Origin: Mobula hypostoma | Lineage: Eukaryota | Direction: 5' to 3' | NCBI RefSeq assembly: GCF_963921235.1 | Contig: NC_086097.1 | Span: 37,512,001 to 37,576,000, forward strand | DNA: 64,000 nt | In this document: positions 13,963 through 26,885 of the stretch, piece after piece | Layout of the letters: the number at the start of each line of letters is the position of its first letter | Position numbering within the stretch: the first letter of the stretch is position 1 | Made by a program: the position numbers and the translations under genes | The notes under the pieces: generated by a model | Databases searched by the model: none | What the model saw: only the letters and a program-made list of their open reading frames with translations | What the model was told of the DNA's origin: nothing

Positions 13963-14580
13963 ATGAGTGTGTGCTTACAAAGACTTACTGTACATTCCCC
14001 AGCCAAAAGCCATGGATGAACCAGGAGGTATGTCGTCTGCTGAAGGCTTGATCTGCGGCATTCAAGTCTGGCGGCCCAGGCCTATACCAGAAAACCAGGT
14101 ATGATCTGTGGAGGGCTATTTCAAGGGTGAAGAGACAATTTTGAATGAGGTTGACGGCGACATCGGATGTATAACAATTCTGGTAAGGTTTGCAAAACAT
14201 TACTTCCTACAAAGTGAAACCCAATAACATGAATGGCAGCAGTGCTTCACTACTAGATGAACTCAATGCCTTCTATGCCTGCTTTGAAAGGGAAAATGTA
14301 ACTACAGCTGTGAAGATCCCTGCTGCACCTGATGACCCTGTGATCTCTTTCAGAGCCTGATGTTAGGCTATCTAAAAAGAGGGTGAACCCACACAAGGAG
14401 GAAGGTCCCTATGGAGTACCTGGTAGGGCTCTGAAAACCAGCTGGCAGGAGTATTCAAGGACATTTTCAACCTCCTGCTGTGGGCGGAAGTTTCTACTTG
14501 CTTCAAAAAGGCAACAATTATACCAGTGCCTAAGAAGAAGAATGTGAGCTGACTTAATGACTATCGCCTGGTAGCACTCA

Positions 14581-14792
14581 ATAGACAATAGACAGTAGGT
14601 GCAGGAGTAGGCCATTCTGTCCTTCGAGCCAGCACCGCCATTCACTGTGTTCATGGCTGATCATTCACAATCAGTACCCCGTTCCTGCCTTCTCCCAATA
14701 TCCCTTCACTCCACTATCTTTAAGAGCTCTATCTAACTCTTTCTTGAAAGCACCCAGAGAATTGGCCTCCACTGCCTTCTGAGGCAGAACAT
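14581..14792 (-). mobile_element. CR1 3' end nested in the Rex1-type element
   Basis: aggtgcaggagtaggccattc...catggctgatca, the same CR1 3' UTR as at 57833 and 60362. Confidence 0.8.
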
Positions 14793-15963
14793 TCACATCT
14801 AAATGATGAAATGCTTTGAGAGGTTAGTCATGACTAGACTGAACTCCTGATTCTGCAAGTACCTAGACCCATTGCAGTTTGCCTGTCGCCACAATAGGTC
14901 AACATCAGGTGTAATCGCAATGGCTCTTCACTCAGCTTTAGACCACCTGGACAACACAAACACCTGTGTCAGGATGCTGTTCATCAACTATAGCTCAGCA
15001 TTTACTACCATCATTCCCACAATCCTGATTGAGAAGTTACAGAACCTAGGCCTCTGTACTTCCCTCTGCAATTGGATCCTCAACTTCCTAACCGGAAGAC
15101 CACAATCTGTGCGGATTGGTGATAACATACCTTCCTCGCTGGCAATCAACACTGGTGCACCTCAGGGGTGTGTGCTTAGCCCACTGCTCTACTCTCTCTG
15201 TACCCATGACTGTGTGGTTAGGCATAGCTCAAATACCATCTATAAATTTCCCGATGATACGACCATTGTTGGTAGAATCTCAGATGTGACGAGAGGGTGT
15301 ACAGAAGTGAGATATGCCAACTAGTGGAGTGGTGTTGCAGCAACAACCTGGCACTCAACATCAGTAAGACGAAGAGCTGATTGTGGACTTCAGGAAGGGT
15401 AAGGCAAAGGAACATATACCAATCCTCATAGAGGAATCAAGTGGAGAGAGTGAGCAGCTTCAAGTTCCTGGGTGTCAAGATCCCTGAGGACCTAGCCTGG
15501 TCCCAACATGTCGATGCAGTTATAAAGAAGGCAAGACTGGTTATAAATTTATTCGGCTCCATCTCAGGTACTAGCCTACAAAGTATCCAGGACATCTTCA
15601 AGGAGCAGTGTCTCAGAAAGGCAGCGTCCATTATTAAGGATCTCCAGCACCCAGGGCATGCCCTTTTCTCACTGTTACCATTAGGTAGGTGGTGCAGAAG
15701 CCTGAAGGCACACGCAGCGATTCAGGAACAGCTTCTTCCCTTCTGCCATCCGACTCCTAAATGGACATTGAACCCTTGTACACTACCTCACTTTTTTAAT
15801 ATATTATTTCTGTTCTTGCACAATTTTTAATTTATTCAATATACGTATACTGTAATTGATTTACTTATTTATTTTCTTCTATATTATGTATTGCATTGAA
15901 CTGCTGCTGCTAAGTTAACAAACTTCATGACACATGCCAGTAATAAATAAACCTGATTCTGAT

Positions 15964-17632
15964 TCAGTCTTCAATTTTGAAGACACTAGCAGTGTGCCAG
16001 ATGTTGAAGGGTGTGAGGGAAGAGAAGTGAGTGCAGTTACTATTACAAGGGAGAAGGTGCTCTAAAGGCTGAAGGACCTAAAGGTACATAAGTCACCCAG
16101 GCCAGATGAACTGTACCCTGGGGTTCTAAAAGAGGTAGCAGTGGAGATTGTGGAGGCATTAATAATGATGTTTCAAAAATCATTGGATTCTGGCATGGTG
16201 CCAAAGGACTGGAAAATTGCGATAAGTCATTCCACTCTTTAAGAAAGGAGGAAGGCAACAGAAAATAGATTATAGACCAGTTAGCCTGGTTGAGAAGATG
16301 TTGGAATCAATTGTTGAGGATGAGGTTATGGAGTACTTGGTGACGCAGGACAAAATAAGACAAAGTGAGCATGGTTTCCTTAAAAAAAAAAAATCTTGCC
16401 TGATGAACTTGTTGGAATTCTTTGAGGAGATTACATATAGGATAGTTAAAGGAGATGCAGTGGATGTTGTATATTTGGACCTTCAGAAGGCCTTTGAGAA
16501 GGTGCCACACATGAGACTGCTTATCAAATTAAGAGCCCATGCATTACAGGAAAGTTGTTGGCATGGTTAGAGAATTGGCTGATTGATAGCAAGGAGTGAG
16601 TGGGAGTAAAAGGATCCTTGTTGACTGCCAGTGACTAGTGGTGTTCCGCAGGAGTTAGTGATGGGAGCACTTCTTTTTATGCTATATATCAATGATTTAG
16701 TTGGTGGAATAGATAGCTTTGTTCCCAAGTTTGCAGATGATATGAAGATTGGTGGAGGGTCAAGTAGTGTTGTGGAAACAGGTAGGATACAGAAGGGCCT
16801 ATACAGATTAGGAGAATGGGTAAGAGAGTGGCAAATGAAATACAGTGTTGGAAGATTCATGGTCATGCACTTTGGTAGTAGAAATAAACGTGCAGACTAT
16901 TTTCTAAGTGGGGAGAAAATTCAAAAATCTGAGATGCAAAGGGACTTAGGAGTCCTTGTACACCCTATAGGTTAACTTGCAGGTAGAGTCAGTGATGAGG
17001 AAGGCAAATGCAATGCTAGCATTCATTTCAAGATGTCTAGAATACAAGAGCAAGGATGTGATGTTGAGGCTTTATAACGCACTGGCGAGGCCTCACCTTG
17101 AGTATTGGGAACAGTTTTGGGCTTCTCATCTAAGAAAAGATGTGCTGGCATTGGAGAGGGTTCAGAGCAGGTTCACAAGGTTGATTCCGGGAATTAAAGG
17201 GTGTCATACGAGGAATGTTTGATAGCTCTGGGTCTGTACTCGCTGAGAAGGATGACAGGGGATCTCATTGAAGTCTTTTGAATGTTGAAAGGCCTAGAAG
17301 GAGTAGATGTGAAAAGGGTGTTTCCCATGGTGGGGAATCTAGGACAAGTCACAGCCTCAGGTTAGAGGAGCATCCATTTAAACAGATACCGAGAAATTTC
17401 TTTAGCTAGAGGATAGTGAATTTGTGGAATTTGTTCCCACACGCAGCTGTGGAGGCCAGGTTATTGTGTGTATCTGAGGCAGAACTTGATCAGTTATTGA
17501 TTGGACACAGCATCAAAGGTTATGGGGAGAAGGCTAGGGAGTGAGGCTGAGGTGAGGAAGAAAGGATCAGCCATGCTTGAATGGCGGAGCAGACTCGATG
17601 GGCCAAGTGGTCTAATTCTGCTCCTATGTCTT
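15964..17632 (+). mobile_element. CR1 LINE 3' half (RT), continuation of 11420-12921
   Basis: KSCLMNLLEFFE, YLDLQKAF, KFADDMK and ARPHLEY; the junction matches the uninterrupted copy (ttttgca|tcagtcttca near 35630). Confidence 0.9.
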
Positions 17633-18087
17633 ATTTTTGGAAGTTCTACCTTTCAAATGCTTCATTATACCTGGCTGCTTCTGTGGGTGGACATAAGATA
17701 CATATGAAACATATTGTCTGATCATCAACTTGATTACTGCTTGTGAGACCTTGTTTTGTGAAAATTGGCTTCAATATTTCCTAAATTACCACAATGATTA
17801 CACTTTGATACTTCAGAAGTCTTTGAGAATACCATATTAATGCATAGCCTCATGAAATTTCGTTGTGCATCCTTGAGCTGTACTATAAAGGAATACTGTG
17901 TATAATGTATTCCAAGAAGTAAATTTGTTTTGCTGAAATAACAGTTTATGATTAAATACATACTCTCAAAATGATGTTACCATGAGAACTAAGCTGATTA
18001 AAAAGGACTCTGCCACCCCGCATTCACATGATACTGATGGCCATATTGTCGCTCCTGAGATTTTACAAGCCAAGATTTAAGTACACT

Positions 18088-18305
18088 AACACAAGGAAAT
18101 CTGCAGATGCTGGAATTTCAAGCAACACACATAAAAGTTGCTGGTGAACGCAGCAGGCCAGGCAGCATCTCTAGGAAGAGGTACAGTCGACGTTTCAGGC
18201 CGAGACCCTTCGTCAGAACTAACTGAAAGAAGAGCTAGTAAGAGATTTGAGAGGGGGAGGGGGAGATCCAAAATGATAGGAGAAGATAGGAGGGGGAGGG
18301 ATGGA
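18088..18305 (-). repeat. Young Penelope-type terminal repeat with an intact minimal hammerhead
   Basis: The minus strand reads gtt CTGACGA agggtctcggcct GAAAC GTC gac (about 18186-18220). Confidence 0.8.
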
Positions 18306-18551
18306 CACTATGTAAGCACGGCCTGAATAAGCACATACTATATAAACATATCATAGAATTTTTTTTAAAAATCTGGTATAGTTTTAGTTTGGCATATTGA
18401 AGTATTTAGCATTACTCTCCTTTTTTTTCCTACATCCTTAGAAAATGTATCATAATTTTAGAATAAAATAAAATTGATGAAGTTCCTAGCCTCAGCAACA
18501 TATAGGTATTTTTACATTGAAACACATTAATTCAGTGTTTTATTTCTATAG

Positions 18552-18637
18552 TAAATGCAGATGATGGAACAATGGGAAAAGAAGATGCTGGTCAGAGTAA
18601 GGCATTTGTTCAAGCTGAATCAATTTATAACTCTCAG
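18552..18637 (+). CDS. SIX6OS1: SIX6OS1 exon (phase 1-0): VNADDGTMGKEDAGQSKAFVQAESIYNSQ
   Basis: tttctatag| acceptor and CAG|gtaaac donor; phase-consistent with both neighbours. Confidence 0.78.
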
Positions 18638-19307
18638 GTAAACAAAAGTTTGTAAAACTAAAACAACTTGGATCAAAACAAGAGAGTTTGTTGATTACAT
18701 CTTTAAGTTGTTCTCCTTTCACTTCCTTTCACTCTCAAACTCCACAATAGTGTAGACCCTCCTTAGATTTAGATACCACAATACATACATAACTACCGAT
18801 AGACTCTGGCAATTCCAGGAAGTAAAAAGATTTAAATGCAACCAAATTTGAGAGTAAATACCTGAAGTATTCTTTTATAGATGTCTGAGGTAAAAAATGG
18901 AAGTCCCAACATCCAATCTATTTCTGTCTTAACTGAACAATAATTATGCTTGCAAGCCTACTTAAAATAATGTGCTCCAATAAATATGCCTTCTGTTATT
19001 TTACGCACTTCAATTAAATCATTCCTGTGTTGACATAGTTCTTAAATGTTATTTTAGCTCTTAATGTAATTAATTATTTTTCAAGAAGTCAATACATTTA
19101 AAATGAGAATTATCTTGTGACCCTCCTCTGCAATATTCATTATGGTGTGAAGGTACATACTTGAATACAGTATTTTAATTGAGTCTGAATCTAGATTTTC
19201 ACCAAATACTATTTTAATAGCTCAAATAATAATTATTTTTTTAGAAAAATCTAAACTTATCATCTTCTTCCCCAAGTAAATCTGACATGAGCTGTGTAAA
19301 TTGATCA

Positions 19308-19490
19308 AACAACAGGAATTCTGCAGATGCTGGAAATTCAAGCAACATGCATCAAAGTTGCTGGTGAACGCAGCAGGCCAGGCAGCAGGCGTCCTGACGA
19401 AGGGTCTCGGCCTGAAACGTCGACTGCGCCTCTTCCTATAGATGCTGCCTGGCCTGCTGCGTTCACCAGCAACTTTGATGTATGTTGTGT
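19308..19490. repeat. Fold-back Penelope-derived element
   Basis: 45-nt inverted arms at 19343-19387 and 19443-19487 with one mismatch. Confidence 0.85.
19391..19424 (+). ncRNA. Minimal type I hammerhead ribozyme (Penelope-associated)
   Basis: Stem I GTC/GAC, CTGACGA at 19394-19400, stem II AGG/CCT, GAAA at 19414-19417, palindromic ACGT stem III and a GTC cleavage triplet ending at 19421. Confidence 0.75.
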
Positions 19491-20380
19491 AAATTGATGA
19501 TCTGTTGTGGGATCCATTGTGAAATTCTGCCGCTGCTGTTTAGAAGCCAATGTGGCAACATTTTCTTTGCAGACCATAATTATTCTTGATTCAGGTTTTC
19601 ATACATGTCCATGAATGTTGATTGCCCTTTTATTCAGAGGAGCAATTATTTTATTCTCAATACATTCATATTATTAGTATGATAGGCTGATTAAAGACGA
19701 AAGGATGGAAGACAATAAATTATATTATTCAGATGGGAAGGAGCAAAAGAATTTGGTATGTATACCTGGTTCATCAGTTAATTCTCTAGCTTGTCTTAAT
19801 AGCTCACTACGGTTTAAGCGGGTGTGGGTGTACCTATGCCTCAGGGACTGCAGCAGTTCAAGAAGGCAACTCATCACCATCTTCTCAAGGGCAACTAGGG
19901 ATGGGCAATAAATCCTAGCTCAGCTGGCGATGCCCATATCCCATAAATGAATAAATTTAAAAAGCTTTTCATATTTGATATTTCCATTTGAAATCTTGAA
20001 TAGATCTACTGCTTTGTATTTGGCAACATTTCAGTTAGTTCCAAATTTTCCTTACAAAAATTATTTTTGTTGTATTGAATTTTAAATATTTTCCAACAAT
20101 ATTTTTGGATGCATGATTGTTCATGCAAATTAATATTTCTAGTCGATCTTGCTTTGTTTAAAAAATACAAATGCTGGTCTGCCAATATTGTTGATTGTTT
20201 TCAAGCCAAACTGGTGGAAAATTTTCCAGGGCCATTTGAGCTGTCACAGTTAATGTTACTTTAAAACTGTAATGCATTGTTGGATTAACTGTATCACCCA
20301 GGGTGGCTATGACTTTGGAATTTTGAAAGCACTTGCCATTCTCAGTGCATATTAAGTAATCTTTTCTTATTATTTCGAAG

Positions 20381-20472
20381 GGTGGTGACACTGAAGAGGC
20401 TGCAAATGGCATGACACAGATTTTTCCAAGAACACCTGAGCAGGTTGAACCAGGGCAAAAGGAATTTGAAAT
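20381..20472 (+). CDS. SIX6OS1: SIX6OS1 exon (phase 0-2): GGDTEEAANGMTQIFPRTPEQVEPGQKEFE(M)
   Basis: tttcgaag|GGT acceptor and AT|gtaata donor; FPRT and FE(M/I)N motifs resemble the mammalian protein as I recall it. Confidence 0.8.
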
Positions 20473-21153
20473 GTAATAATATAGTTAATGACACAAAATA
20501 AATGTTATCTAGTAGTAATTATATTCTTGTTAGAAATTTAGTATTTACTATTCAGTAAAATTATATATTGCATTCTTTTCAGATTAGAATATATTCATGC
20601 ACTCACCTGCGTATATAAAAGCTACAAGTTACCATGACCTCCTTTGGTTTGGAAAACATTCCTAATACATTATAGAAGGTCTTTTATTGGGCACGGTCTT
20701 TAAGAAAATATATTGCATAATGAATCATTTTAATATTTCCACAGGTGTTCTCCATAGTCTGTAGCTTGTTTTCTCCCAATGAACATGTAGTAATAATTTT
20801 GTTGGTTCTCTTTTAATGTGTTTTTTCTTCATTGCAAATTAACATCAATAGATATGAAGCTGATTTCCAATATAACTTATCTGAGACATAATAGAATAGA
20901 TCTAGTGAGCTACAGGTGTCCCAAAGCAATTTACTTTATGGATCAAGCTAAAATCTTACCTTTTTCCATAACAATGTTGAATGTTCCTAATTTGATAATC
21001 ACGTGTTAATAATTACATGAGCAGAGTCTATGATTATTCCCTATTTATTCTTTATAGTATAATCCAAATTGATATTACAGCATATTGTACTCCAGAATCA
21101 TTTTTAATTTTTAAAAAGAAAAGTATCAAATAAAATTATTGCATTTCCATCAG

Positions 21154-21289
21154 GAATTCTTATTTGCAACGTGAGGAAACACCATCAAAATCACCTGGCT
21201 TTTCTTTCCTGAATACATCTACACCCAAATCAACTGGATTTAATTTATTTGGAAGAATGCCATTTGACTTGACTGAAACACCTGAGCAG
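21154..21289 (+). CDS. SIX6OS1: SIX6OS1 exon (phase 2-0): NSYLQREETPSKSPGFSFLNTSTPKSTGFNLFGRMPFDLTETPEQ
   Basis: ttccatcag|G acceptor and CAG|gttaaa donor; SPGFSFL...STGFNLF matches the recalled SIX6OS1 motif SPG(L/F)SFL...SPGLNLF. Confidence 0.88.
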
Positions 21290-22204
21290 GTTAAATGTAT
21301 TTATTTAATAAGCAAAAGTCATTTTGAAATGTCTCTGACTGGAAGAGATCGTTTTAATGTATATGATGTTATAGTTTTAAAATGAATTTTATAATACGAG
21401 TTTAATTTTCACCAGGGATAGCACAGAATATTAAATTTGATCTCTTTTGGGGAGCCATTTTACACACATATCCATACACCACTGTATATACACATATGAA
21501 AATTGAACGTGAATGAATATTGAGGTGATATTATGATAACCCTTAAATAACACGCAGCTGCCTTAGCCATCATCTGCCTATGTCTCCCTAGTAATCTCTG
21601 ATTATTAGGGGAAAAAAGATACCTAGAGTTAAGTTTGACATGTACAGCAACAAAACAAGTAAAAGAAAATCAAGAGGAAAAAATATCAATACTATGCACT
21701 TGGAATGGAACATTTTAAAATAAAGATCAACAATCCAGTTGCTGCATTGGGTTCTATCTGCAGTTTTCTGGCATTCCACATCAATATCTAATCCTCAGGA
21801 GTTGAGGGATTTAATCAACATTCCACAGTGAAAATGAGTTCGATTCCATTTTAATTGTTGGGTGCTAGATCTTAGAAAATCTAGTGAAATGTAGGTAGTG
21901 GTACTTGACTGAGGAGTTTTTTTTAACTCTCCCCTTTTGAATCTGGAGGAGAGGCAATATGCCCCACTGACTCTCAAGGAATTATTCAGCCTCTCCTCTT
22001 CTAACCAACACTGTTTCTTCACTACCACTACTGCCAACTTGGTATTCTCTAATATCAATTCTGAATTCATTGAATGCCATTTTTCCCCCACTGTATTCTT
22101 GATAAGCCACAATTTCTGTCTCTCTCTCTCCCCCATCTCTTAATTGCTACTCTCTTCTCCCATAAAGCCATAATCAACTTCTCATTTATTCCTTTTACTG
22201 TTAA

Positions 22205-24060
22205 TAGAACATAGCACAATGTTAGACAGGAACAGGCCCTTCAGCCCATGAAGATTGTGACAATGCTGATGTTACAACCATTGTTGGTAGAACCTCAGAT
22301 GGAGATAATAGGGCATACAGGAGCAAGATATACCAGCTTTACACTCAGTGTCAGTAAGATGAAAGAGCTGATTGTTGTCTTTAAGAAGGGTAAGCGAAGG
22401 AACCCAAACCAATCCTCATAGAGGGATCTGAAGTGGAGAGAGTGTGCAGTTTCAAGTTCCTAGGTGTCAAGATCTCTAATGATCTAACCTAGTCCCAACA
22501 TATCGATGCAGCTATAAAAAGAAGGCAAGAATGTGGCTATATTTCGTTAGGAGTTTGAAGAGATTTGGTTTGTCACCTAAAATACTCAAAAACTTCTATT
22601 GTTGTACTGTGGATTCTGATAGAGTGCATCACTGTCTGGTATTGGGGTGGGGAGGGGCTACTGCACAGGACCAAAAGAAGCTACAGAAAGTTGTAAAATT
22701 AGTCAGCTCCATCTTGGGTACTAGCCTCTGTAATATCCAAGACACCTTCAAGGAGTGGTGCCTTAGAAAGTCAACGTCTATTATTAAGGACCCTTGTCAT
22801 CCAGGACATGCCCTCTTCTCATTGTTACCATCAGGAAGGAGGTACAGAAGCCTGGAGGCACGCATTCAGCGATTCAGAAATAGCTCCATTTCCTCTGCCA
22901 TATGATTCCTAAATGGACATTGCACCCAAGAACCTTACCTCGCTTCTTTATATAGATTATTTCTGTTTATCTCTATTTTAACCTAACTCTGTAATATACG
23001 TACATATACTTACTGTAATTGATCTTAGTTTTTTTCCCCTTTATAGTGTATTGCAGTGTACTGCTGCTAAGTTAACAAGTTTCACAGAATATGCTGGTGA
23101 TAATAAAAATGATTCTGATAAACATGATACTAACTTAAACTAAATCTCTCTTGATTGTACATGAAGCTCTATCCTTCCATTCCCCGCATATTTATGTGTC
23201 TGTCTATCTAAAAGCCTCTTAAATGCCACTATCATATCTACTTCCGCAGTACCCTGGCAGACCATTCCACACACCATGTAAAAAAAACTTGCCAAACTTG
23301 TCTCTCTTAAACTCTTTCCCCCCCCCCCTTAAATGCACGTCTTCTGATATTTGGCATTTCTACCCTCAGTAGAAGATTATTTCTGTCTATCCTAATGCCT
23401 CTTATAATTTATAAACTTCTGGCAGGAATCTTCTCAGCCTCCAATGCTGCAGAGAAAACAACACACTTTGTCCATTCTCTCTATAGTTTATACCCTTTGA
23501 TCCAGGGACCCTTTCCAAAGCCTACATATCCTTCCTGTCACGGGATGACATGACCTGCACACAATATTCCAAGTGTGACTTAAAGTACGTTTATATAGCT
23601 GCAACATGACTTCCTTACTTTTATACACATGCCCCAACTAATGAAAGCAACTATTCTTTAACATCGTATCTACTTGTGTGGCCATTTCAGTGAGATATGG
23701 ACCTGGACCCCAAGATCCCTCTGTACCTCAGTGCTATTAAGTGGCCTATTAAGATCATAAGTCTATTAACTGTATACTTTCTCCTTTCAATTGACCTTCC
23801 GAAGTGCAATACCTAAGATATGACCATTTCTCCAGCCAAATCTGTATCCTGCTGTATGCTAAATGCCTACGGCTCCACTAACCATTGTGCTGTGTGCAAA
23901 CCTACTAACCCACCCATCTACATTTTCATCCAAGTCATTTTTATATATCACAAACAGAGTCCCCAGCACTGATCCCTGCAGAACATCACTGGTCACAGAA
24001 CTCCAGCCACAATAATACCCTTCCACCCCTACCTTCTGTCTTCTATGGGCAAACCAATTC
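22205..24060 (-). mobile_element. Old CR1 fragment interrupted by a Rex1-type 3' fragment
   Basis: Reverse CR1 3' UTR (aacaggcccttcagccca) and a reverse HLEYCVQ-like segment (cacacaatattccaagtg). Confidence 0.7.
22275..23120 (+). mobile_element. Rex1/Babar-type LINE 3' fragment
   Basis: LYFVRSLKRFG...NFY.CT...HPGHALFSLLPSGRRYRS and an aataaa..gattctga tail. Confidence 0.85.
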
Positions 24061-24236
24061 AGTTGCTTTAGTGCCAGAAATTTTCATAAGGAATTAATCA
24101 ATTTCCTCTGATTTTCTAACTTGAAAAACCTGAAATTTACTGCAAATAATATTGAACAATTCATGCTTTCCTCTTATTTTAATTACGTGTTGGTTTGTGG
24201 ACTAAAAGTTTTTTGTTTTTTTTTACTTCATTTCAG

Positions 24237-24299
24237 GTGACTGATAACCACAGCACTGTTAATCAGTTTGAGTTCTCGAATTTGTTTTTCAAGAAAACG
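24237..24299 (+). CDS. SIX6OS1: Probable symmetric (phase 0-0) SIX6OS1 exon: VTDNHSTVNQFEFSNLFFKKT
   Basis: Long polypyrimidine tract, tttcag|GTG acceptor and ACG|gtaaaa donor; 63 nt open frame. Confidence 0.62.
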
Positions 24300-25169
24300 G
24301 TAAAAATCAGTGCATCTGAGAACTTTCATAATGTTAGATGAGGTGAAATGCGCATAGAACATAGTACAGTATAGGAACAGATTCTATGATCCACACTGTC
24401 CATGCTGACCATTATGCCAGTTTAAACTAATCACATCTGCCTGCACGTGGTCTTCCTTCCCTTGCTTGTTCCTGTCTCAAATGTTACTATGATATCTGCT
24501 TCCCCCATCACTTCCCTAGCAGTGTGTCCAGGCATCTACCACTCTGTAAATTAAATTACAAAATAAAACTGTAGATACTGGAAATTTAAGATAAAAATGT
24601 ACATGCTGGAAGTACTCGGCAGGTCTAGCTGCATCTAATGGGAAAAGAAACAGAGTTAGCAGTTCAAGTTAAAGACGTCTCGTCAAAAAACCTGGGAAGG
24701 AGAAAAGAGAAGATCATTAAGGTATAGGGAAGGTGGGTGAGGGAGATGGCTATTATAGGATAAAATTGATACAACCAGAGGGTTAAGTTGTAAACAAGGA
24801 TATCTAGCCAGTGAGTGATTGGGAACAGTAGGAGAATGAGACCAGAGGTAAAAGAAGGCAGACAAAATAGCAGAATGGTAAGACATGCCTGGTGGGTCAT
24901 GCTGGGCATTTACTCTTCTCTCAGTGAGAAAAAAATAGAAATAAACTGAGCCAATATCACCTATGAATAATGGATACAGATTTAGAAATCAAGTTACCTG
25001 AAGTAGTAGAATTCAATATTGAGGCAAGAAGGATGCAAACTACCCAGACTAGAGATGTGCTGTTCCTCCGGTTTGAGTGGGCCTCATTGTAAGAGTGCAG
25101 GATAGGCCAGGTGTTTCAGAGAAATAAAATGGCAGGCAACAGAGTCACCAGCTCACACTGAAACCACCT

Positions 25170-26885
25170 ACATCTTCTACACTTCTTGTGCCCTTGATTT
25201 CCTCTGTAACTTTCATTTTCCTGGCCCTGACCACTTCATCTTCACCATGGATACGTAGTTCCTATACACTTCTAACCCCCATCAAGAAGACCTCAAAGCT
25301 CTCCACTTCTTTCTTGACAAAAAAAGCAACCAGTCGCCGCCACCACCCTCCTCCGTCTGGAAGAACTGGACCTCCACCTAAACAGTGTTTCCTTCGGCTC
25401 CTCCTACTTTCTCCAAACTTGAGGGGTAGCTATGAACACTCACATGGGCCCCAGCTATGCTTGCCTTTTCACTGGCTATGTAGAGCAGTCCATATTCGAA
25501 GCCTTCCTCAGTTATACTCCCCAAATTTTCCTCTGATACATTGACGACTGTATTAGCACTGTTGTATGCTGAGCTCATCAATTTTATCAACATTACCTCT
25601 ATCTTCCACCCTGCCCTTAAATTCACGATCTATCTCTGGCACCTCCCTCTCCTTTCTTAATTTCTCCCTCCATCTTTGGAGACAAACTATCAACCGGCAT
25701 ATGTTATAAACATACTGATTCCCGTGGTTATCTCAACTATATCTTTTCCCACCCTATCTCCTGTAAAAATGGTGTTCACTTTTCTCAGTTTCTCCACCTC
25801 CACTACATCTGTTCCCAGGGTGCAGCTTTCCATTCCAGAACATCAGCAAAGATCAGGGTTTCCCTTCCTCCACTATTGATGCTGCCTTCACCTCCATTTC
25901 CTGTACATCGTGCTCACCCTATCTTCCTGCCTCTTTAACAAGAGTTCCTCTTGTCCTCACCTGCCACCCCATCAGCCTCCGCAAGCAGCACATTATACTC
26001 AGCAACTTCTGCCATTTCCAAAGCGATCCTATCACTGAACATATCTTTAGCTCAACATGCCCCCTGCCCCCCCCACCTTCTGCAGGAATCATTCCCTCCA
26101 TGATTTCCTTGTCCATTTGCCCTTCCCCACCAATCTCCCTCCCGGCACTTATCCTTGTGAGCGGCCTAAATCCTACACCTGCCCATATACTTCCTCTCTC
26201 ACCTCCATTCAGGGCCCCAAGCTGTCCTTCTAGGTGAAGCAACACTCTACCTATAGGTCTGCTGGGGTTGTCTACTGTGTCCGGTGTTCCCAATGCGGCC
26301 TAATCTACATTGATGAAACTCCGTGTAAATTGGGCAGCCGCTTCATTGAGCACCTCCGCACCATTTGCCACAAGTGGGTCTTCCTGGTAGTCAAGCAATG
26401 TAATTCTCATTCCCGTTCCGATGTGTCAGTCCATGGCCTCCTCTTGTGCCAAGATGGGGCCACCTTCAGGGCAGAGGAGCAACATCTTATATTCAGTTGG
26501 GATACGCTCCAACCTTATGTCACGAATATCGATTTCTCCTTTCGGTAAACATCTCCCCCCTCCCTTCCTCTATTCGCCACTCTGACCTTTTACTACTTCT
26601 CACCTGCTTATTACTTACCTCTGGGTCCCCTTGTCTTTCCCTTTCTCCTATGATCCACTGTCCTCTCCTATCAGAAGGTGTCACTTATCACCTTCCAGCT
26701 AGCCTCCTTCCCCTCCCCTCATCTTCTTATTCTGGCATCTTCCCCTTAGACCTGAAGAAGGGTCTCGGCCAATACATTGACTATATATTCACTTCCATAG
26801 ATGCTGCCTGACCTTCTGAGTTCCTCCAGCATTTTGTATGTATTGTTTTGGATTTCCAGCATCTACAGTCTTCCTCATGTTACTG
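25170..26885 (+). mobile_element. Penelope-like element (RT plus GIY-YIG), nested in an older opposite-strand Penelope-like remnant at about 24560-27130
   Basis: GVAM.T.MGPSYA, YIDD, VVYCVRCSQCGLIYIDET...RFIEHL and the terminal repeat. Confidence 0.85.

Larger units (their letters stand above)
12922..15963 (+). mobile_element. Rex1/Babar-type LINE nested in CR1
   Basis: [46 protein letters not shown] and an AATAAA plus (ctgatt)n tail. Confidence 0.85.
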
